Of a stretch of 64,000 bases of DNA, positions 1 through 13,019 are shown in pieces. The stretch covers positions 42,036,001 to 42,100,000 of the forward strand of contig OX597821.1 of assembly GCA_951406725.2 (NCBI GenBank). Direction: 5' to 3'. Each line of letters opens with the position of its first letter. The stretch's first letter is position 1. Under the pieces are notes generated by a model. That model was not told where the DNA came from. It worked only from the letters and a program-made list of their open reading frames with translations, and did no database searches. The DNA is from Octopus vulgaris. Its lineage: Eukaryota. The position numbers were made by a program, and so were the translations under genes.

Positions 1-43
1 TCTAATGATGATGCAATAAGCTCAGGTGCCAAAAGAAGCGTAG

Positions 44-82
44 GACTTGACGTTTCGGCTTTGTACCTTCATCAGGGATCTC
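44..82 (-). ncRNA. Decayed minimal hammerhead ribozyme motif (Penelope-like element relic)
   Basis: Minus strand reads CTGATGA-A-GG-tacaaag-CC-GAAA-CGTC: core boxes and palindromic ACGT stem III; stem I pairs poorly. Confidence 0.5.
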
Positions 83-87
83 ATTTA

Positions 88-254
88 TAGGGTGGGCCAG
101 AATTCATGACGCTCTTATTAGTTATATTTTTATATGCTTATCTTATTGTTATTATATTGTTTAAATTTATCATTTTATTTTTTAATATGTGCATTAATAA
201 ATATTAATATATTAATATATAAAACTAACAAGTGAGTCATGAATTCCGGCCCTA
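88..254. mobile_element. Tc1/mariner-type MITE
   Basis: Imperfect terminal inverted repeats gggccagaattcatgac..cttattagtt / aactaacaag..gtcatgaattccggccc around an AT-rich core; TA-flanked AGGGTG start. Confidence 0.6.
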
Positions 255-642
255 GATTAATTGTTTGAATTCTGGATTCCATTCAGTTTGTTCTAATTGC
301 TATTTAGTATACATCCATGCATACACACACTTACACACACACACATAAATGTATTAGTATATATACTAATATATATGCATATGTATATGTAAATTTATAT
401 GTGTGTGTATGCATGTACATATATGTATATGCATGTGTACATATGTTTATATGTATATGTGTGTAAATGTTTATATATATATATATATATATATAATAGT
501 GTGCGTGTGCGCATAGACACATATATACATATATAATGTATATATGTATGTGTGTGTATACTTATGCTTCAAATGTTATGCAAGTGTGTGTGTGTATGTG
601 CATATGTGTTTGTTTGCGCACGCATGCATGTGTGTGTGCGTG

Positions 643-686
<44 letters not shown>

Positions 687-1445
687 CGCGTGTGTGTGCC
701 TGATTAAATACCCTACTACACAAAAGCTGAAGTGTCTGAACTGCCTGGAAGGCATGTCTCTATAATGTGCTGTAAATAACAAGCCACATACGACTGCACT
801 GGTTGCAGTTATTCAATAGGGGTTTATGGGTCAAGGTTGTGTAATAACGACAATTCACAAACACTCTTTTGAAGTTACCCCCCCCCTCTATCTCATACAC
901 ACACAACTCCCAGCCAATCACCCTTCAGAGCATTCCAAATCTATAACCAGTTCGCAGTATATTCCAAAAAATTTCAAATATTTTTCCCTTTTCCAATTGT
1001 TTATACAAAATATCCTCTCGTTGTTTGCAGTCAGGTGTCTCTCTGCTAAACAATGGATTCTATTGCGTAGATTTCAAGCTCATGAGTATATGATTTAAAC
1101 TTTAAATATAAATAAGCGTTTAAAAGTTAGAACCAACCAATTGCTTAAATACAGAAATAACACCATTGTTAACCTTTCAGGAGCTGAAACATTTTATTAT
1201 TTAGCAACTCACGGGCATCGGTGATATTAAGCAGATAAGAGATAAATCACTCTTTGGATTGAACGATGAGATATTGAAGAAATCCTTCAGACCCTACAAA
1301 AAATATGTAAAAGTCTAGTGCTCAGTGCATAGATTAATTGGATTCTAGCCTGGTTAGCTTTCGTATAAATGAACAAATGTTTCGTTAATTGATTTCTGTA
1401 TAACAATAAGCATTTTTAGGCTTAGCTCACAATGTTCCGGATATT

Positions 1446-1489
1446 CGCCACTGAAGTGACCAAACCAGGTTGAAACACCGTGTCTAGTG
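1446..1489 (+). ncRNA. Decayed hammerhead motif (CTGAAGATGACC-type)
   Basis: CTGAAG(A9 missing)T-GACC-aaacca-GGTT-GAAA-CACCGTG-TC-tagtg; stems II and III can pair. Confidence 0.45.
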
Positions 1490-1599
1490 ATCCACCGGCA
1501 CTCTGAGTAAAACCCTACTTTTTTATCACAATATATTATGGCGAGTGCTGTTTCACGTTTCAATACATATAGTAAACGTGTATACAAACTAGTATATTA

Positions 1600-1907
1600 T
1601 AAGTCTTGTTGTTGAGATAGGCTCTCTTTCTTTCCTGATGAGAAGATTGCATTTTACACCGTTTATTCCTTTGGAATAATACCATGTTGTCTTCGAAACA
1701 TATGTTGAAAGTAAAACAATTTAATAACATCTTCGTTCAGCTCCATTTATTTACTTATAATACACAAATTACTGCACATTAACCCGGAGTTTCTACCATT
1801 GAATAGGTCGCTTCATCCGTGTTACTTGCGTGAATTTTGCTACCCTGGTAACTGTTTATTGAATTTTCCATGTTAGCGGTAAACAAAGGATAATTTATTC
1901 ATCCATT

Positions 1908-1908
<1 letters not shown>
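1600..1908 (+). mobile_element. Penelope-like element terminal (pLTR-like) segment ending at (TA)n
   Basis: Carries the hammerhead; its 3' ~90 bp (gtgaattttgc..gaattttccatg..ggataatttattc) recurs at 60604-60698, again beside (TA)n. Confidence 0.6.
1630..1711 (+). ncRNA. Type I hammerhead ribozyme, apparently intact core
   Basis: Stem I ctttc(1630-34)/gaaag(1707-11); CTGATGA 1635-41; stem II gaaga/tcttc; GAAA 1695-98; palindromic stem III ACATATGT; GUU cleavage triplet ending at 1706. Confidence 0.8.
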
Positions 1909-1976
<68 letters not shown>

Positions 1977-1978
<2 letters not shown>

Positions 1979-2711
1979 CGGCGTACGTACACTTTGGTCT
2001 CTTATATGTAAGTATATATTTATCTAAATCTTGTACGATCTATTCTTTTATTCTTTCCTTCTTTCTATCAGCCCTTTCATGCTTACTTCGTTCATTCCAC
2101 TCTTCGTTCTTTCGTTTCCCCTCTCTCACATTTCATTGCCTTCTCTTCATGTTCACTTTCCCTCCTCTTTTCCCTTCACTGTGTCCCTGTCATTTTTCTC
2201 GCCCCTCCTTATTTCTTCTGTTCCTCTGCCTCTACCTCTCTCTCTTCTCTCCCCACGTGACCGATGTTCGGGCAAGCTTGACTTTTCTTTCTTGGTTCGG
2301 CCGTTGTCCGTGCAGCATCTATATACTTCGCTGTGTCTGTGAAATCTTGTATCCCTGCCATAAGGCTTTACTTCCACACACGCCAGCTTAATTTAATTCG
2401 TCCTCAGTCGAAAGACACCTGTTGTTATGCCCTGTTATTTGTGTTTGTGTAACCTTCTGTTTTTTCCGTCCTTGTTTTCGTATGCATTCGCTGCTTTCTT
2501 GCTCGTAGCTTAGTTTTTCCTTGAGGCAGGCCAGATTGGAGCAATCTCGAGTATAACCAATCGAAATTACGAAGATAATCTGGAACTTGACTGAGGAAAG
2601 AAAACTCCGAATGAGCCGTCCTTGTTTTCTTTGTATCGTCTATCTTGATGTTTTGTTGTCCCTTTCATCTATCACCTAACTGTCTGGATGTTTTGCGTTC
2701 TTGTCCCATTT

Positions 2712-2713
<2 letters not shown>
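1977..2713. repeat. Unclassified pyrimidine-rich element embedded in a (TA)n tract
   Basis: Complex ~740-bp sequence bounded on both sides by long (TA)n; strong strand asymmetry; no recognisable ORF. Confidence 0.4.
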
Positions 2714-2775
<62 letters not shown>

Positions 2776-2782
<7 letters not shown>

Positions 2783-3155
2783 AAATCCCTTCTGTCAGTC
2801 AGTGTGTGTGTCTTCTAGGATCTCGGTCATCCTCCCTCCGATTGCGCTCAAATTTGATATGTAGATACCGACGGTATCAGGGCGTGTATAAGTCTTGAAA
2901 AAATTACAAAAATCGATTCCAGGTGAGAATGCGATCGATAAAGCCGTGGGAACGTGCATTTGTAAAATCATTTTTCTTGGAGTAGAAAAAAGTCTATCTT
3001 TATTTCTTCTTTTGCTGGTGTCTCAAATTTAGGTTAAATCAGTGTTTCTCACAGGGGAAGCCTGTGGGACGGTCGGACAAGTTGTTTTGAGAAAATTTGG
3101 TTTAAATGTTTGACAACTCAGCACCGTCCATTGGACGAGGGGGCGTTTTGCTCGT
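2776..3155 (+). mobile_element. Non-autonomous Helitron-like element, copy 1
   Basis: 5' TATATAAAA..TCTGTC..ATCTC..CCGATT..CAAATTTG pattern; 3' hairpin cgtcc-att-ggacg followed by CTCGT (CTAG-like) end; no TIR or TSD; second copy at 30258-30669. Confidence 0.6.
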
Positions 3156-3176
3156 ATATTTTTTTTTTTTTTTTTT

Positions 3177-3342
3177 GTGGTGAAAGAGTACAGCAGGGAT
3201 CACCACCATTCCCTGCCGGAGCCTCGTGGAGCTTTTAGGTGTTTTCGCTCAATAAACACACACAACGCCCGGACTGGGAATCGAAACCGCGATCCTCCGA
3301 CCGCAAGTCCGCTGCCCTAACCACTGGGCCATTGCGCCTCCA
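3177..3342 (-). mobile_element. tRNA-derived SINE, family C
   Basis: Head tggaggcgcaatggcccagtggttagggcagcgg with A/B-box-like motifs; many copies in the window. Confidence 0.85.
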
Positions 3343-3361
3343 TATATATATATATATATAT

Positions 3362-3515
3362 ACGACGGTCTGCGTTCACTTTCCGTCTGCCAAATCCACA
3401 CACAAGGTTTGGGTCGGCCCGAGGCTATAGTAGGCAACACTTACCCAGGACACCATGCCGTGGGACTGAACCCAGAACCGTGCGATTGGGAAGCAAACTT
3501 CTTACCACCCAGCTA
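3362..3515 (-). mobile_element. tRNA-derived SINE, family B (partial)
   Basis: Matches the 5' half of the family B copies (e.g. 62096-62511). Confidence 0.75.
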
Positions 3516-3929
3516 TGTATGTTTATAGAGACCAGTTATTTTAACCTAAAGTTGTTTCAAGTGCATGTATTTATTTACCTTTCAAAGTCTTTCTGGGATT
3601 TCATGTTGGTCTTTGTCCCTGCTTTTGTTGCTTTTGTTGCAACTGTTAATGCGCTTGCGTACTGCCGCTGTAGCTGCTAGGCTCCTGCTGCAACTGATAC
3701 TAATGTTGTTGCTGTTGTTGTTGTTATTGTTATTGTTGTTGTTGCATATATTTATGTTGATGTTGAGCGAAGCGGTCTTCTGTAGTGAGAGATGTCCGAA
3801 ACGTGGTCCTTTGCTATTCGTAAGACCCGCAGCAGAGAAAGCTGGTCAACCCCCGACACCGACAGCATCGACGGATGGATGAATGCGCATCCAGGCTCAG
3901 CGGTTGCGTAGGAAGTCGGGGACAAGAAC

Positions 3930-4121
3930 CAGGAAGAAAGAGTGAGAGAAAGTTGGGGCGAAAGAGTACAACAGGGGTCGCCACCCACCCCCCTGCCGGA
4001 GCCTCGTGGAGCTTTAGGTGTTTTCGCTCAACAAACACACACAACGCCCGGTCTGGGAATCGAAACCGCGATCCTCCGACCGCGAGACCGCTGCCCTAAC
4101 CATTGGGCCATTGCGCCTCCA
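3930..4121 (-). mobile_element. tRNA-derived SINE, family C
   Basis: Same head and body as 3177-3342 and 40493-40803. Confidence 0.85.
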
Positions 4122-5241
4122 CTTGTTGTTGTTGCTGTAGTGTGGGACCGACAGCATTATGAACCTTCCTCCTTTTGTCTTTTGCTCTGGGCACAAGACC
4201 CTCTGGTGGCTGGTGGTGTCACCTATGTGACACCTATGCATCCTTCTTTCCACCGTCATAAAGAGTTGGCTACTGTTTTTAGCAGCTGCGTCAGGCCGAA
4301 GATGTTTTCGAGATATTTTCTGAAGAACGAAACGTAAAAATCGACCTCGTCGGGGTTTGATCGCAGGATTGTTAAGTAATGCATATAAAAACCGCACCTA
4401 AAAAACAGTAAACTTAACAAATTCCCCTTTCCTCATATGCTCACTGTGAAAGCCAGATCTTGCGATTCTGTAATAAATCAATTTTGGCACCTGCATTATT
4501 CGCGGTCATTCCAGATCTATTTTATACGTGCATGAGAATGTATATATGGCTGTGTGTGTGTGTGTGTGTGCACGCGCATGCGCGTCTGAATACGTAAGTT
4601 AATCTTATAAAAAGAAAACAACGAAACAAAAAATTGATTCAAGTTTTAGACGTTATTGAAAGGAAAAGGAATAACTTATTTAAAAAAAGAGAGAGGGGGG
4701 GGGAGGGGGGAAAGAAAAAGGAAGACGGCACCAAATTCTGTAGAATGTAATAACAACAAGGAAATAAGGAATGGTCGGGAGAAATTGAGAAATTCTGATA
4801 AATTCTATCCTTTACAATACACATGCGACTAAATTGCGTTTCTTGCAGATATTTTTAGATTCATCTCGAGATATCAAAGAAACGCAGGGGTTCACATTAT
4901 TATTATTATTATTATTGTTATTGTTATTATTATTATTGTTGTTGTTGTTGTTGTTGCTGCTGCTGCTGCTGCTGTTGTATTTCATTTTTATTTACTCCAT
5001 ACAAAAGAAAATGTAAAAAAAAAATTCTTTTTCTTCTTCCTCTCCTTTGTGTGTGTGTGTGTGTGTGCATGCATGTGTATGTATGCGCGCATGCGTCTAT
5101 GTGTGTGCGTATATGTGTATACGTGTGTGAGAGGGAGAGAGAGGAGAGAGACAAAGAAGGAAAAGAGAGAGAGAGAGGAATAGAATTGATTTCTACAAAT
5201 AGATAAATAGCAACAGCAGCAGTTGTATCAATAACACCACA

Positions 5242-5316
<75 letters not shown>

Positions 5317-5759
5317 TGTTGTCGTCGTTGTTGTTGTTATCGTTGTTATATAAGGATTCCTTTAGACTTGGCGCAAGGTTAATGTTGTAGATCGATTCAA
5401 TCGGCGATATATGTATGTATGTATGTATCTATATGTGTGCGTATATGTGCACACACACACACACACACACACACATACAAATACACATATACACACCTAC
5501 ACACATACTCACAAGCTGATGCTTCTTTTGTGAACTTCATAACAATAAATAGAAAAGTCGATCTACGCTAGATTTGAACTCGCTAACAGTAGGTCACAAG
5601 CATGAAAAAAAAAACCTAAATCATTTACCACAAACATGTTTGAAGTAAGGTTAAAACACGGAGATCTTCATTTGACCATCTCGAAAGACAGTATTTCTAC
5701 AGCGGAATTACATTTAGAACTTAACACGATCGTAATTAAATCTACCCGTTCCCCATCCC

Positions 5760-5830
<71 letters not shown>

Positions 5831-5890
5831 AGTACCCTATTGATCCTGAAGAGCTGAAGATGACCTAGAATGGTAGAAAGGGGTGACTAG

Positions 5891-6038
5891 GCGCATGCAT
5901 GACTGTCTGATAAGAAGTCTCTCAATTATATGGTTCCAGTTTCAATCTCACTGCGTGGCACCTTGGGCAAATGTCTTCTACTATAACTTCGGGCCTTGTG
6001 AATGGATTTGGTAGACGGAAACTGAAAACATAATTACC

Positions 6039-6110
<72 letters not shown>

Positions 6111-6250
6111 TGCGTGCGTGTGTGTCTGCCCTCCACTAGCGCTTGACAACCGGTATGACTTATGGGGATGTCCCCATAAGTCAGCGGTTCGGCAAAAGGA
6201 CCCGATAGAAAAAGTACCAGGTTTTAAAACAATAAGTACTGGGGTCGATA
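5891..6250 (+). mobile_element. tRNA-derived SINE, family B (diverged)
   Basis: ccttgggcaaatgtcttctacta..gatttggtagacggaaactg body with an internal (TG)n. Confidence 0.75.
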
Positions 6251-7048
6251 GGGTAGCCGATTATAGTAGAGTTCAGTACTTCACGGCTACTTTATTTTGA
6301 CGACTTTGGAAGGTGGAAGAGGTGAAGGTGCATGGCTCGGGGGTTAGGATGCTGCTCTTACGATAGGTGTTCGATTCTCGTATTATTATTATTATTATTA
6401 TCGAACTCGGAATCTTGGGGTTAATAGCCCGCTCTCTTAACCACTACGCCATATGCCCGTGGGCAATTGTGGGGTGAATTTTAGGACTTATAAATCTAAT
6501 ATTTTCCTGTCCTTCCTTAATACCGGTTGTGATCTCAGTTGCTCATACGTCATGGAAACCGGAAGACCGGTCCAATGAATTCTGGGGCTTGGGACAGTAA
6601 CGTAGAGGGCTTGATGATGGTGATGGTAGTGATGATGATGATGATAATGATGATGAAAGACAATGGTTGACCGCGTAAGGATTTGAACTCATAACGTAAA
6701 AAAGCCCGCACAATACCGAAACATGTTTTTGCCTGACGCTCTGCTCTTCTGTCTCCAAAGTATCCTTTTTTTATTTGTTATTACCGATAACTGTTTTTTT
6801 TTCTTTCTTTCTTTCATAGGAACATAAAAAGTAGGGAGATATAAACTTTGCAATCTTTTGAACAGGTCATCATAAAAACATCTCAAAGTCAACAGTGTGT
6901 ATGACATCCCAATTACAATTTGTGTGAGTCTGTGTGTATGTATGTATGTATGTATGAATGTATGTATGTATGTATGTATGTATGTAAGTATGTATGTACA
7001 CATGTATATGTATGTGTGCATATATATATGTGTGTGTGTGTGTGTGTA

Positions 7049-7188
7049 TTGAGAGTTACGAAAAAAACAAAAGACGAAGACAGGTGGTGTACGAAACAAA
7101 CAGATATATTAATATAACGCTCAGGAATGGAAAAGGTCTTTTACGTTTCGAGCCTAAGCTCTTCTACAGAAAGGGACACAGAAAAAAT
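7049..7188 (-). mobile_element. Penelope-like mini-element with variant hammerhead (7138-7173)
   Basis: Minus strand cttt-CTGTAGA-A-GAGC-ttag-GCTC-GAAA-CGTA-aaag; flanks match 47270-47418. Confidence 0.65.
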
Positions 7189-7214
7189 ATATATGTATAT
7201 ACATATACGTATGG

Positions 7215-7271
<57 letters not shown>

Positions 7272-7404
7272 CATACATACATATAGATAAATATGTTTGT
7301 ATACATATACATACATATAGATAAATATGCTTGTATATATACATATATATATATATATATGCATATGCATATATATATATATATACACATGTGTGTGATC
7401 GTAT

Positions 7405-7489
<85 letters not shown>

Positions 7490-7958
7490 AGAGACAGAGA
7501 CAGAGATTATATCAACAACAGTTTACACCTCAATCATGCAGAAATACCAGAAATAACAAAGAAAAAACAATCAGAAATAAAAAAAAATCCTAACCGTTTC
7601 CATCTCCGCATAATCATTCTTTCTGGCAACACGAAGCGATGCCATAATTTGACACCATTCATCCATGCTATATTAATTTTGTTTACCGATAACAAAATTT
7701 TTGTCACGAAAGAATTGACTGAATTCTGAATTGGCTTTTGTTTTTGTTTTTGTCTTTTTTTTTATTCCCCAATGTTTGGAACTGGCCTTCATCAAAAAGC
7801 ATCTGTACTTTAAGAGGAAACGACCGAGCTAAACACTTCCACAGATTCTCCCAGACCTGTAATATTGATGCGGTCGATGTTCAGTTTATGCATTTGTAAA
7901 CTGGGATCAGCTGGGAAAGGGGTGGAATTCTTGAGGGTGAAAGGAATTCTTGAGAGGA

Positions 7959-8358
7959 TACTCTTTTACTTGTTTCAGTTATTTGACTGCGGCCATGCTG
8001 GAGCACCGCCTTTAATCGAGCAACTCGACCCCGGGACTTATTCTTTTGTAAGCCTAGTACTTATTCTATCGGTCTCTTTCGCCGAACCGCTAAGTAATGG
8101 GGACATAAACACACCAGCATCGGTTGTCAAGCAATGCTAGGGGGACAAACACAGACACACAAACATATACACACACATATATATACATATATATACGACA
8201 GGCTTCTTTCAGTTTCCGTCTACCAAATCCACTCACAAGGCATTGGTCGGCCCGAAGCTATAGCAGAAGACACTTGCCCAAGATGCCACGCAGTGGAACT
8301 GAACCCGGAACCATGTGGTTATTAAGCAAGCTACTTACCACACAGCCACTCCTGCGCC
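7959..8358 (-). mobile_element. tRNA-derived SINE, family B, full length
   Basis: Head ggcgcaggagtggctgtgtggtaag, B-box-like gggttcagttcc, internal microsatellite, AAAAGAGTA tail. Confidence 0.9.
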
Positions 8359-9319
8359 TATAGGTTGGGAATGGCGATTAGCTCAGAGCCGGCGCGGTAA
8401 GATATAGTAGGGGGGGATGAGAGATGGAGAGACTGGCAGGCAAGGGTGGAAGCGATATCATCATCGTCATCGTCGTTGTCGTCATCATCATCAACAACCA
8501 CCCATGGGCATTACTATCGCAAGTCCTAGAACTCATTAGGCCAGATCCCGATTCTCGTGGCGTATAATTGACCGGGATTACAACAGTTTGTCGAAGAGTT
8601 TACTCATTTACAGCAGAATGGACTGAAACAACATAAAATAAAGTATTCACTCGACCCGGGAATCGAACCCATGATCATGCGGTCGTGAATGCAACGCCCT
8701 AATCACTGTGCCGCGCACCTTCACTTAGTGATCCAATTAGTTAGGTTGGATGAGCAGAGGACTTTGCAGTAACGGTAGGAAAATAGCTAGAGGACAACGG
8801 CACATCTATAGGCCAGAGATTGAGATGCGTTTGACGAGGGAATCCTTTCTAGCGAATCAGATCCATTTCTTTTAAAAACTGGACGTTTTGTTTTTTTGTC
8901 AAAACAACTGTTTGTCCCTGATGTGGAGACATTACTCTATTGAGGATCTCACTCAAGTTTTGTAGCAATTATTCAGAGCTGAAGTATTTTCTGTCTCTGA
9001 GGAGTTTTTTTTTTTTATTATTATTTTATGAATACGGTCAGGCTAAAACAAGGAATTGTGAGGCTGCACAGATATAGTTCCTCTATTTTACTTCAGTTAA
9101 TGTTCGGTCGCCTTCTTCGATGCCATCAGAGGGAACACTGTCATCGATGACGATGTACACGGCAGGAGTCTCTATATGGTCGATGGACATGTTAGAAATA
9201 ACAGTCAAATGCCCTCACGACCACCAAATCATACAGCACTGTCTATAATAAATTGATGAGCACCATTTTACTCTTATATCTTCTCAAGAAGAACTCACCC
9301 AGAGCTAAACAAAATTAAT

Positions 9320-9745
9320 TCTTTCTACTATGGCCACAAGGTACAAAATCTTGCTGGGAGGGGTCAGTCGAATACTCAGGCCTCGATGAGACTTGTATTA
9401 GCGATCCTGAAAGGATGAGAGGCAAAGTTGGCCTCGACGGAATTTGAACTCAAAATTGATAGGCAGAAGAAATACTGCTAAGTTGTTTGTCCGACGCGCC
9501 AACGATTCTGCAAGTTCATCAAAAATAATGGCTTTAAATTTTGCCACAAGGGTAGCAATTTGGGGAGAGGAGATGAGTCGATTACATCGACCCCAGTGTA
9601 CAACAGGTTCTTATTTTATCGACCCCCGAAAGGATAAAAGGCAAAGTCGACCTCGGCGGAATTTGAACTCAGAACGTAGAGGCAAGCAAAAGACCACAAA
9701 GTATTTCGCCCGGCGTGATAACGATTCTGCCAACTCTCTGCCTTC
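9320..9745 (-). mobile_element. Two diverged family A SINEs
   Basis: gtcgactttgcctttcatcctttcggggtcgataaa-like central domain (resembles the Meta/MESC domain; to be verified) present twice. Confidence 0.75.
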
Positions 9746-10399
9746 AGTCTGTCAAAAATAATGACTGTAGCAATCTGATGCCATCGCCTCTGCCGTTCCC
9801 GCCATATTGACTATGAACTCGTCGGTCAGATCCTTGTACCTAAGTGAACCTTTTGATTATTAATAGAGACTCGGGGATTTATACAAAGGATAAATGTCTA
9901 TCGTATATTGGTAATTCCTCATTTACAGAAATATTTCACGGTTAACATCATTCACTTCAGTATGAAATTTAAGAAAAAATTCTGATTTTTTTTCTTAACG
10001 TCCAAGTGACGAAGTATTCCACAGACAATTGTACCCTTGACAAAATGCACAAGGTTACCCTTTGAATTATAGGCGCAACCCACCCGACGAGCTTCTGCAT
10101 ATTCTCCATCTACCCAGTTTCATTCACTAGGTGTAGGTCGATCCGAGGTTGTAGAAAATGAAAAGGAAAGGACGAAACTTTGACAGAATTGATGTCAAAC
10201 AAACCAATTTAGTTCAGAGTAAATTGGGAAGAATTGCTATGGACACCCAACGCCTTTGTTTATTTCTGCAGTTCCTACTCAACATTCACCTTCGCACTCT
10301 TAAATGTGAGTAACCTTAAAGATCCTCTACAACGAGATTCTGCTCTACCCCACCCTTTTTTTTCTCACACTTTGACCCCTCATCTCCTAGCATAAAGAC

Positions 10400-10640
10400 A
10401 CCCTCTCCGTACTCGGGTTTTGTTGTTTTGTAAGCTGCATGGTGACGTCAATAGGACTGGTGGCATACAACAAAAACCATTTAGTCCCTGCTGTTTAGTG
10501 GTTGGTGTTAGAAGAGGCGTCCAGGCGTCGAAACCATGCTAAAACAGACACTGGAGCACGATGCAGGCCTTGGACACATCGGCTCCTTGTCAAACCATCC
10601 AACTCATGCCAGTATGGAACATGGACATTAAATGATGATC
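10400..10640 (+). mobile_element. RTE-related LINE/SINE 3' tail
   Basis: Ends in ccatccaactcatgccagtatggaacatggacattaaa followed by TGA repeats, as recalled for RTE-clade 3' ends. Confidence 0.5.
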
Positions 10641-11298
10641 AGAAGAATGACCAATAATAATAACAATCTGGACCCGTGGATTATCCATGGAGTCGGTAAC
10701 CTTTACAGCGTTCTTATTATATTTCATAATTAAAATATAATTTTTTCCCTGCTACGAAATAGATGGTATTGAAACCGTTATTTCAACGCAGAGCAGTACG
10801 TGAAATGGAACAATTACGGAAAAATAAATTCTTGTAATAGTTTTGGGGGATGGAAAGTTATTCATGATGATGTTTCACTGCAGCTAGAATAATTTCTGTT
10901 CAAACATCATCCATGTCATTAACGAATGTTTATGACTGGAGAGGATCGAAGGAAAAGCTGTAATTGTCCTGATTTATTAAATATGAAATGCAATAAATTA
11001 ATATTAATATGTATATGATTTTCTTTATAAACAAATAAATACAGTCACTTAAGCACACCTTTTATACAATCGTAAAGTAAATAGGAATATTTAAGTACTG
11101 CACTAAAATATTTTGTAAAAATACATCATCAAAGCTAGAAACTGTGGTATCTCATAATAATCCATTATGACCATCCAAACGAAGGTGCTAATATAAAAGC
11201 TTGCTGGAAAAACCTGACCAAACTAATGAGCAAAGAAAGAACTTACAAAAAATAAAATTTTCCCTAAATAGCTTTCTCTCTCTCTCACTCTCTCTCTC

Positions 11299-11342
<44 letters not shown>

Positions 11343-11469
11343 TTCTGGATAGATAGATCTTTGCCATTAACACATGTGGTAACTTGATCCAAATAAGAGC
11401 GCTGGCAGGGAGCGTAACACACGTACTTACTAACGGAATGACAAGAAGACTTTTATACTAATAATAATA

Positions 11470-11900
11470 ATCCTTTTCTTTTAAAAGCAGAACGCTTGAA
11501 ATTTTGAGGAAGGAGAGTAGTCGATTACATCGACCCCAGTGTTTCACTGGTTCTTAATTTATCGACCCGGAAAGGGTGAACGGCAAAGTCGACTTCGGTG
11601 AAATTTGAACTCAGAGGGTAAGGACGGACGAAATGCCGCAAAGCATTTTGCCCGGCGTGCTAACGATTCTGCCAGCTCACTGCCTCGATAACGAAAATAA
11701 TAATCCTTTTTACTAAAAGTACAAGGCCTGCAATTTGGGAGGAGGGGGTAGGTCGATTATATCGGCCCCAGTGCGTAACTGGTACTTATTTTATCGACTC
11801 CGAAAAGATGACAGGTTAAGTCAATCTCGACGACATTTGAACTCAGAACGTAAAGCCGGGAGAAATTCCACCGAGTATTTCGTCTGGCGTGCTAACTATT
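11470..11900 (-). mobile_element. Two older family A SINEs
   Basis: Diverged matches to the family A body. Confidence 0.75.
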
Positions 11901-11902
11901 CT

Positions 11903-12470
11903 TATTTCTTTATTACCCACAAGGGGCTAAACATAGAGGGAACAAACAAGGACACACAAGGGGATTAAGCCGATTAGATCGACCCCAGTGCGTAACTGGT
12001 ACTTAATTTATCGACCCCGAAAGGATGAAAGGCAAAGTCAACCTCGTCGGAATTTGAACTCAGAACGTAACGGCAGACGAAATACCTATTTCTTTACTAC
12101 CCACAAGGGGCTAAACACAGAGAGGACAAACAAGGACAGACAAACGAATTAAGTCGATTTTATCGACCCCAATGCGTAAATGGTACTTATTTAATAGACC
12201 CCGAAAGGATGAAAAGCAAAGTCGACCTCGGCGGAATTTGAACTCAGAACGTAACGGCAGACGAAATACCTATTTCTTTATTACCCACAAGGGGCTAAAC
12301 ATAGAGGGGACAAACAAGGACAGACATAGGTATTAAGTCGATTATATCGACCCCAGAGCGTAACTGGTACTTAATTTATCGACCCCGAAAGGATGAAAGG
12401 CAAAGTTGACCTCGGCGGAATTTGAACTCACAACGTAACGACAGACGAACGTTTCTGCCAGCTCGCCGCC
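11903..12470 (-). mobile_element. Family A SINE trimer
   Basis: One head (ggcggcgagctggcagaaacg) plus three ~185-bp units joined at aagaaata|ggtatttcgtctg. Confidence 0.9.
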
Positions 12471-12984
12471 TTAGGGGAACGAATAATGATAAGAATATGA
12501 AAATGAACGATGATGTCTGTTTGTCTGATGTTGTGGACAGAGAATGTGTCACGTGAGGTGAAAGTACTTTAAAACGTTAACCATTAATTAAATCCATTCC
12601 TGAAACACGATCTGTAATAAAACCTCCTTTGTCATGAAACCTCGTCATAGATGTGTGTGCTCAACCAACCTCATCCGAATCACTCACAAAACACGAAAGC
12701 TTAGGAGGGAGGCCTTTACGTGGAGTGGTCATTCAGCTTGCTAAATATAGCAGTCAAATCGTCCTTAAATCAAACCCAACTGTCTTTGAAAAAAAAAAGT
12801 AAAAGAAAAAAGATATGTGGGTGAAATGTGATGGGAGATATACGAAACGTCGAGTTGGCCATTTCTGGAAGGCATTTGATTTTGAGTCTGTTTAGTTGGG
12901 TTTGAACTGGGGCTAAAAATAACACCAACAACATGAGCTGAGCAATTTTCATATGGCGCCCCTCTGTCCTACATCAAAGCGAGT

Positions 12985-13019
<35 letters not shown>

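Noticed and set aside
4014-4397. 127-aa ORF behind an acceptor-like site
   Set aside because: Contains a degenerate family A SINE motif and runs into a family C SINE; no homology recognised.
5854-5890. CTGAAGATGACC..GGTAGAAAG hammerhead-like string
   Set aside because: Stems I and III are absent; too decayed to call.
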